In this document: piece by piece, positions 59,233 through 63,516 of the stretch | Layout of the letters: each line of letters begins with the position of its first letter | Numbering within the stretch: the stretch's first letter is position 1 | NCBI GenBank assembly: GCA_002269645.1 | Contig: NIVC01002639.1 | Span: forward strand, 62,485 to 126,000 | Direction of reading: 5' to 3' | DNA length: 63,516 nt | From: Macrostomum lignano | Taxonomy: Eukaryota | Program-made: the position numbers and the translations under genes | Notes under the pieces: generated by a model | Databases searched by the model: none | Told to the model about the DNA's origin: nothing | What the model saw: the letters and a program-made list of their open reading frames with translations, nothing else

Positions 59233-60060
59233 CTAGTCAATCTGAGCAATTCCCATTCAGTCCCTAGTCAATCTGAGCAATTCCCATTCAGTCCCTAGTC
59301 AATCTGAGCAATTCCCATTCAGTCCCTAGTCAATCTGAGCAATTCCCATTGAGCCCCTAGTCAATCTAAGCAATTCCCATTGAGCCCCTAGTCAATCTGA
59401 GCAATTCCCATTGAGCCCCTAGTCAATCTAAGCAATTCCCATTGAGTCCCTAGTCAATCTGAGCAATTCCCATTGAGTCCTAGTCAATCTGAGCAATTCC
59501 CATTCAGTCCCTAGTCAATCTGAGCAATTCCCATTGAGTCCTAGTCAATCTGAGCAATTCCCATTCAGTCCTAGTCAATTTGAGCAATTCCCATTCAGTC
59601 CCTAGTCAATTTGAGCAATTCCCATTCAGTCCTAGTCAATCTGAGCAATTCCCATTGAGTCCTAGTCAATCTGAGCAATTCCCATTGAGAGTCAATCTGA
59701 GCAATTCCCATTGAGTCCTAGTCAATCTGAGCAATTCCCATTGAGTCCCTAGTCAATCTGAGCAACTCCCATTGAGTCCCTAGTCAATCTGAGCAATTCC
59801 CATTGAGTCCCTAGTCAATCTGAGCAACTCCCATTGAGTCCCTAGTCAATCTAAGCAATTCCCATTGAGTCCCTAGTCAATCTGAGCAATTCCCATTGAG
59901 TCCTAGTCAATCTGAGCAATTCCCATTGAGTCCCTAGTCAATCTGAGCAACTCCCATTGAGTCCCTAGTCAATCTGAGCAACTCCCATTGAGTCCCTAGT
60001 CAATCTGAGCAATTCCCATTGAGTCCCTAGTCAATCTGAGCAACTCCCATTGAGTCCCTA
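59233..60060. repeat. 31/30-bp minisatellite
   Basis: GTCCCTAGTCAATCTGAGCAATTCCCATTGA. Confidence 0.97.
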
Positions 60061-60142
60061 ATCGAACAGATAAATAAACTGCCTAGTTTGTAAGCGTTAT
60101 TAATGCCTACATGATGGGTGATGCCGCAGGGAGAGGGACTTC

Positions 60143-60612
60143 TGGGCGCAGGGGGAGAGAGGGAGAGAGGCAGGGAGAGAGGCAGGGAGAGAGGCAGGGA
60201 GAGAGGCAGGGAGAGAGGCAGGGAGAGAGGCAGGGAGAAAGGCAGGGAGAGAGGTATGATGCAGGGAGTGGGCAAGATTGGCGTTGTGCGTTGGCGGGTG
60301 ACAGACAATTAAGCGGGCGATATCGATACTGATTACACACCCAATGGTAGTATGGTCTCTAGGAGATGGAAATAATTTTTCTGCTTAAAGCTTTTTGGTT
60401 GCACCTGGGGCAGTAGAGAGCGGAGTGCAGTATGGAGTGCAGTAGGGCGTGCAGTAGGGAGTGCAGTAGGGAGTGCAGTAGGGAGTGCAGTAGGGAGTGC
60501 AGTAGGGAGTGCTATAGGCAGTGCAGTATGGAGTGCAGTAGGGAGTGCAGTAGGCAGTGCAGTAGGGAGTGCTATAGGCAGTGCAGTAGGGAGTGCTATA
60601 GGCAGTGCAGTT
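60143..60612. repeat. Two short arrays: (GAGAGGCAGG)n 60143-60252 and (GGAGTGCAGTAG)n 60418-60612
   Basis: 10-bp and 12-bp units visible directly. Confidence 0.93.
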
Positions 60613-61007
60613 AGGGGAGTGCTGCAGGTGTCTGCAATTTAGTCATCATTTGTGTGGCTGCGGAACTGCTGAAATGGCGTAGGTTCTTTGAAGCCTCAAA
60701 GGATGCTGGGGACCCAAAATGGCTGCCTTCAATCATTCATAAATACAGATTGCACCTACAGTTCACGTTTTTCCCTGCAGAGAAAAGCAGAAAATCAGAA
60801 AGGAGGGACCAGATGGCTGTTGCTTCTTTATAATTGTCTTCAAAAGCAATCTTAGAATTTCTGCACCTGTTTCAGACTATTTTATCCATTTGCATGGAAT
60901 TATCCTATGGAAATTTCTTGTCAATGCTTGTTTATTGGTCTCGGGCCGATGGCCAAAATTGATTCTCTGTGATCCGGTGACGCCCACGATCGACGAGAGA
61001 GCAACAC

Positions 61008-61014
61008 TATAAAG
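61008..61014 (+). promoter_or_regulatory. Candidate TATA box of the prohormone-like gene (CRE half-site TGACG at 60978-60982)
   Basis: TATAAAG 110 bp upstream of the ATG at 61124, in a GC-richer context. Confidence 0.5.
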
Positions 61015-61123
61015 CCAGCAGGTCCGCGGGCCCGAGAGAGCTCCTCACTGAGTCACTTGCAGAGTCACCTGCACCAAGTCTCTTCTCCAGCTATTGTATT
61101 GCAGCGAAAACGAATTAAGGGCA

Positions 61124-61548
61124 ATGTGTCGCGTTATCCGAAAGGCTGTGCTCTGTGCTAGCGTCGTATGGGTTGTAGCCATGGTAACGCAGACGCCCGG
61201 TGTAGCCGAGTGTTGTAAGTACTCTGATATTCTGTGTGATGACTCTATCGCATTTAAACTACGATTACCTCGAAACATATACTACAGTATTTAATGACTG
61301 TTATTGATTTATTAATTTTTCTAGCACCTATTCGACTGTCTGATTTTGACGAGGACCAGGAGAAGCCCAGGGTGATAGCCGAGCAGCGCCAGTGCGCCGT
61401 GGAGTGGCTGGTCCGCCACCTGCTGGCCCATCGTGCCAGGCAGGCCGACTGGAGCGAGGACGGCGACGTTGACCCGTCGATGTTCTCAGAGCCGCCGCGG
61501 CGTCATCATCCGCGAGTGAGGCGGCTCTACAGCCGGTTTCGGATCTGA
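61124..61548 (+). CDS. Putative secreted peptide precursor (prohormone-like), 2 exons, 104 aa
   Basis: Exons 61124-61214 and 61325-61548, 110-bp intron GTAAGT..TTTTTCTAG, phase 1. Basic N-region plus hydrophobic core (MCRVIRK-AVLCASVVWVVAMV), acidic spacer, C-terminal RVRR-LYSRFRI*. TATAAAG upstream and AATAAA overlapping the stop. Confidence 0.72.
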
Positions 61549-61553
61549 ATAAA
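61548..61553 (+). terminator. Polyadenylation signal overlapping the stop codon
   Basis: TGAATAAA: the A of TGA (61548) starts AATAAA. Confidence 0.55.
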
Positions 61554-63269
61554 ACAGCGATCGATGGAGATGATGCAGCCCCATCTCCTATAATTGGGCC
61601 GTCAGCTACACCATGTGACTTTGGAATTGTTATTTCGTAGCGTAAATTACTGTATATTTATTAGGTATAGGGAAGTCCTGATTGACATCTCCGAAATATC
61701 TACTATCAATATAGTATAGAGCTCGCTTGAAGTGCGCGTCCACTGTTAGCCCCTTACGCTTCGCTAATAAATACAAAGTCCTATTCAAACTTTGAGAGAA
61801 AGCAATATTAATAAAATTAGTTGACAAGAAGATATTTTTTGTCTGCAGCATCAAAAACTTTTGGATTGTTGATAAAATTGTTTTTCTTGCATAACCGGCC
61901 GCTGATCGGATATAAGTGACTTCATGTAATCAAGTCGGATAAAATGAACGCGTAGCAATGGAAGTCGAAGTTAAAGTTTAAACCAGTGGCAGCTATAGAT
62001 AAATAAAGCCTTGTTATTCGTTATAATAGTAGATATATTTTAGATTTAGTTCGAAAATCATTACTATAATTCGATTAAAGCCGAGGACAGACAGAAATTG
62101 TGCATGCAAGTGTGAGATAGTTAGAATTTGGGGAAATAACGCGTAGCTTTTTAAAGAATATATTTTGTTACTTTTAAAAAGGAAAAACTCGTAAAATAAA
62201 AGTATAAAAAGCTACAATTAACAGTTAAATGTGTGATTTTTATGTTGTCTTCAAAAGCAAAAAAAGCTAAAGCTAGCAGGCCATGCAGCAATAAAATGTT
62301 TTTTTTCTTCAGAATAAGTATATCATTCCTCCTTAACCTAGGACCACTAGCAGTATATCATCACGCTACACTCAAAGATCGTATTTTTTAGGCCAATTTC
62401 CGTAAAAAAACACTGCAGAGGTAAAAAAATCTTTTTTTCTTCACAAATTTTTTTTCATGGAAATCGGCCTTGTCTTGTAATATCTTGTAATATTTTTCAG
62501 ATGACTAATTTTTTAAGAAATTCAAAGCATTATATAGCTAAAATCAGATTCAAAGCCACTGAAGGTTGGTTGTTTGCCAAAATCATATGTGGGATTTTTA
62601 TTGTACATGCAGGCTTGTAATAACTAATAAACTACATTCTAAATTTCTTACTTGAATCATAATGCTTCATTTTAGACTACAAAGCAGCTTGTAAAAATAT
62701 AATACGCTCGTAGTTACATGTAGCTACATAATATGCACATTAAGAGGCCGTTTCATGCAGATAAATTTAAGACGCTTTATAATTTTTAGAACCATTTTGC
62801 GAACTACAAAGTTTTCTCAGCTTCCTTATAGCTAAATTGAGAGGTGAATAAGTTACAAAATTTCCTTTTTTACGAATCAAGGCTTCTTAAAAGCAGCTGT
62901 TGAAATCCTGCATAGCCAATGTGATTTCTAATCAAATTAGTAACAGAAATGAGGATTTGTTATACTGCTTTGTTTATTGTTCGGTGATTCTGAACCTTTA
63001 ATAGGGACAAAATTTTAATTGGGATGACGTAATATCGTAACTTCCGACCTGCAGTACAAAGCCTAATTATAATGGTTTCCAGCCAAGCAAATTAACAAAC
63101 TTATACGGATAAAAGGCAAGCACGTTTGATTAACATGGGATTAAAGATCAAATAAGCTGAAATTTTGCTACGAAGAATTTTCTGTTGTTTTTGTTGTTTC
63201 TGTTGACAGTAGTTTCGTTGTCAAGCCCAACTATTATCGGCTTTAAAAAAGCTTCATTATTTTCATTCG

Positions 63270-63413
63270 CTAGGGCTGATCCTCATTTCTTGGTGCTGCC
63301 GGCTGCTCCGGCCTTCGTCTTGGCTCGCCGTCTTCATCATATTCATCAAGAAAGCCGAGATGTTGCTCAGCGGCGGCCTCTTCTACTACTGGAGCGGCTG
63401 GGCCCTGAATCAG
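63270..63413 (-). CDS. Probable terminal coding exon of a gene extending beyond the right end of the window
   Basis: CCCGCAG acceptor at 63420-63414 (same style as the other genes here) followed by 47 sense codons LIQGPAAPVVEEAAAEQHLGFLDEYDEDGEPRRRPEQPAAPRNEDQP and TAG, then an AT-rich UTR-like stretch. No family recognised. Confidence 0.5.
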   Translation of the reverse strand: MIQGPAAPVVEEAAAEQHLGFLDEYDEDGEPRRRPEQPAAPRNEDQP

Positions 63414-63516
63414 CTGCGGGCGTTGTGTTGTTGTTTAGCAATCGGTATTTTGAGGGGCAGAAGTTTTAGCGGTTGAGGGGCTAGAAAACTGAGGCGCCAA
63501 CGAGTGTACATTCGGG

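Overview
Eukaryotic, intron-containing, repeat-dense DNA. It is probably from a free-living flatworm such as Macrostomum; this is inferred from GC-rich poly-Ala/poly-Gln exons, recurrent CCGCAG acceptors and the density of locally unique minisatellites, and was not checked by any search. Hand-spliced gene models that stay in frame: ZC3HC1/NIPA (+, 6 exons), a peptide-receptor-like rhodopsin GPCR (-), a calmodulin-like protein with all four EF loops degenerate (+), PRMT7 (+, 4 exons), a klumpfuss/EGR-type C2H2 factor (-), a small two-exon secreted prohormone-like gene (+, split across two ORF-track entries), and a probable last exon of a gene leaving the window (-). Mobile DNA: a PHD-FLYWCH-MULE transposon (10-bp TSD, three nonsense codons) nested in a short hAT-type element (8-bp TSD), an internally deleted Tc1/mariner element in PRMT7 intron 1, a tRNA-derived SINE with a 14-bp TSD, a decayed head-to-head CORE-type SINE pair, and LINE/LTR relics. 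About 30 micro/minisatellite arrays cover roughly a third of the window (hand estimate) and explain most long ORFs in the track. Best leads: the prohormone-like gene ending RVRR-LYSRFRI, the GATA array that splits the GPCR C-terminal tail, and intronic minisatellites built from splice-signal motifs. No CRISPR array, rRNA or intact tRNA gene is supported.
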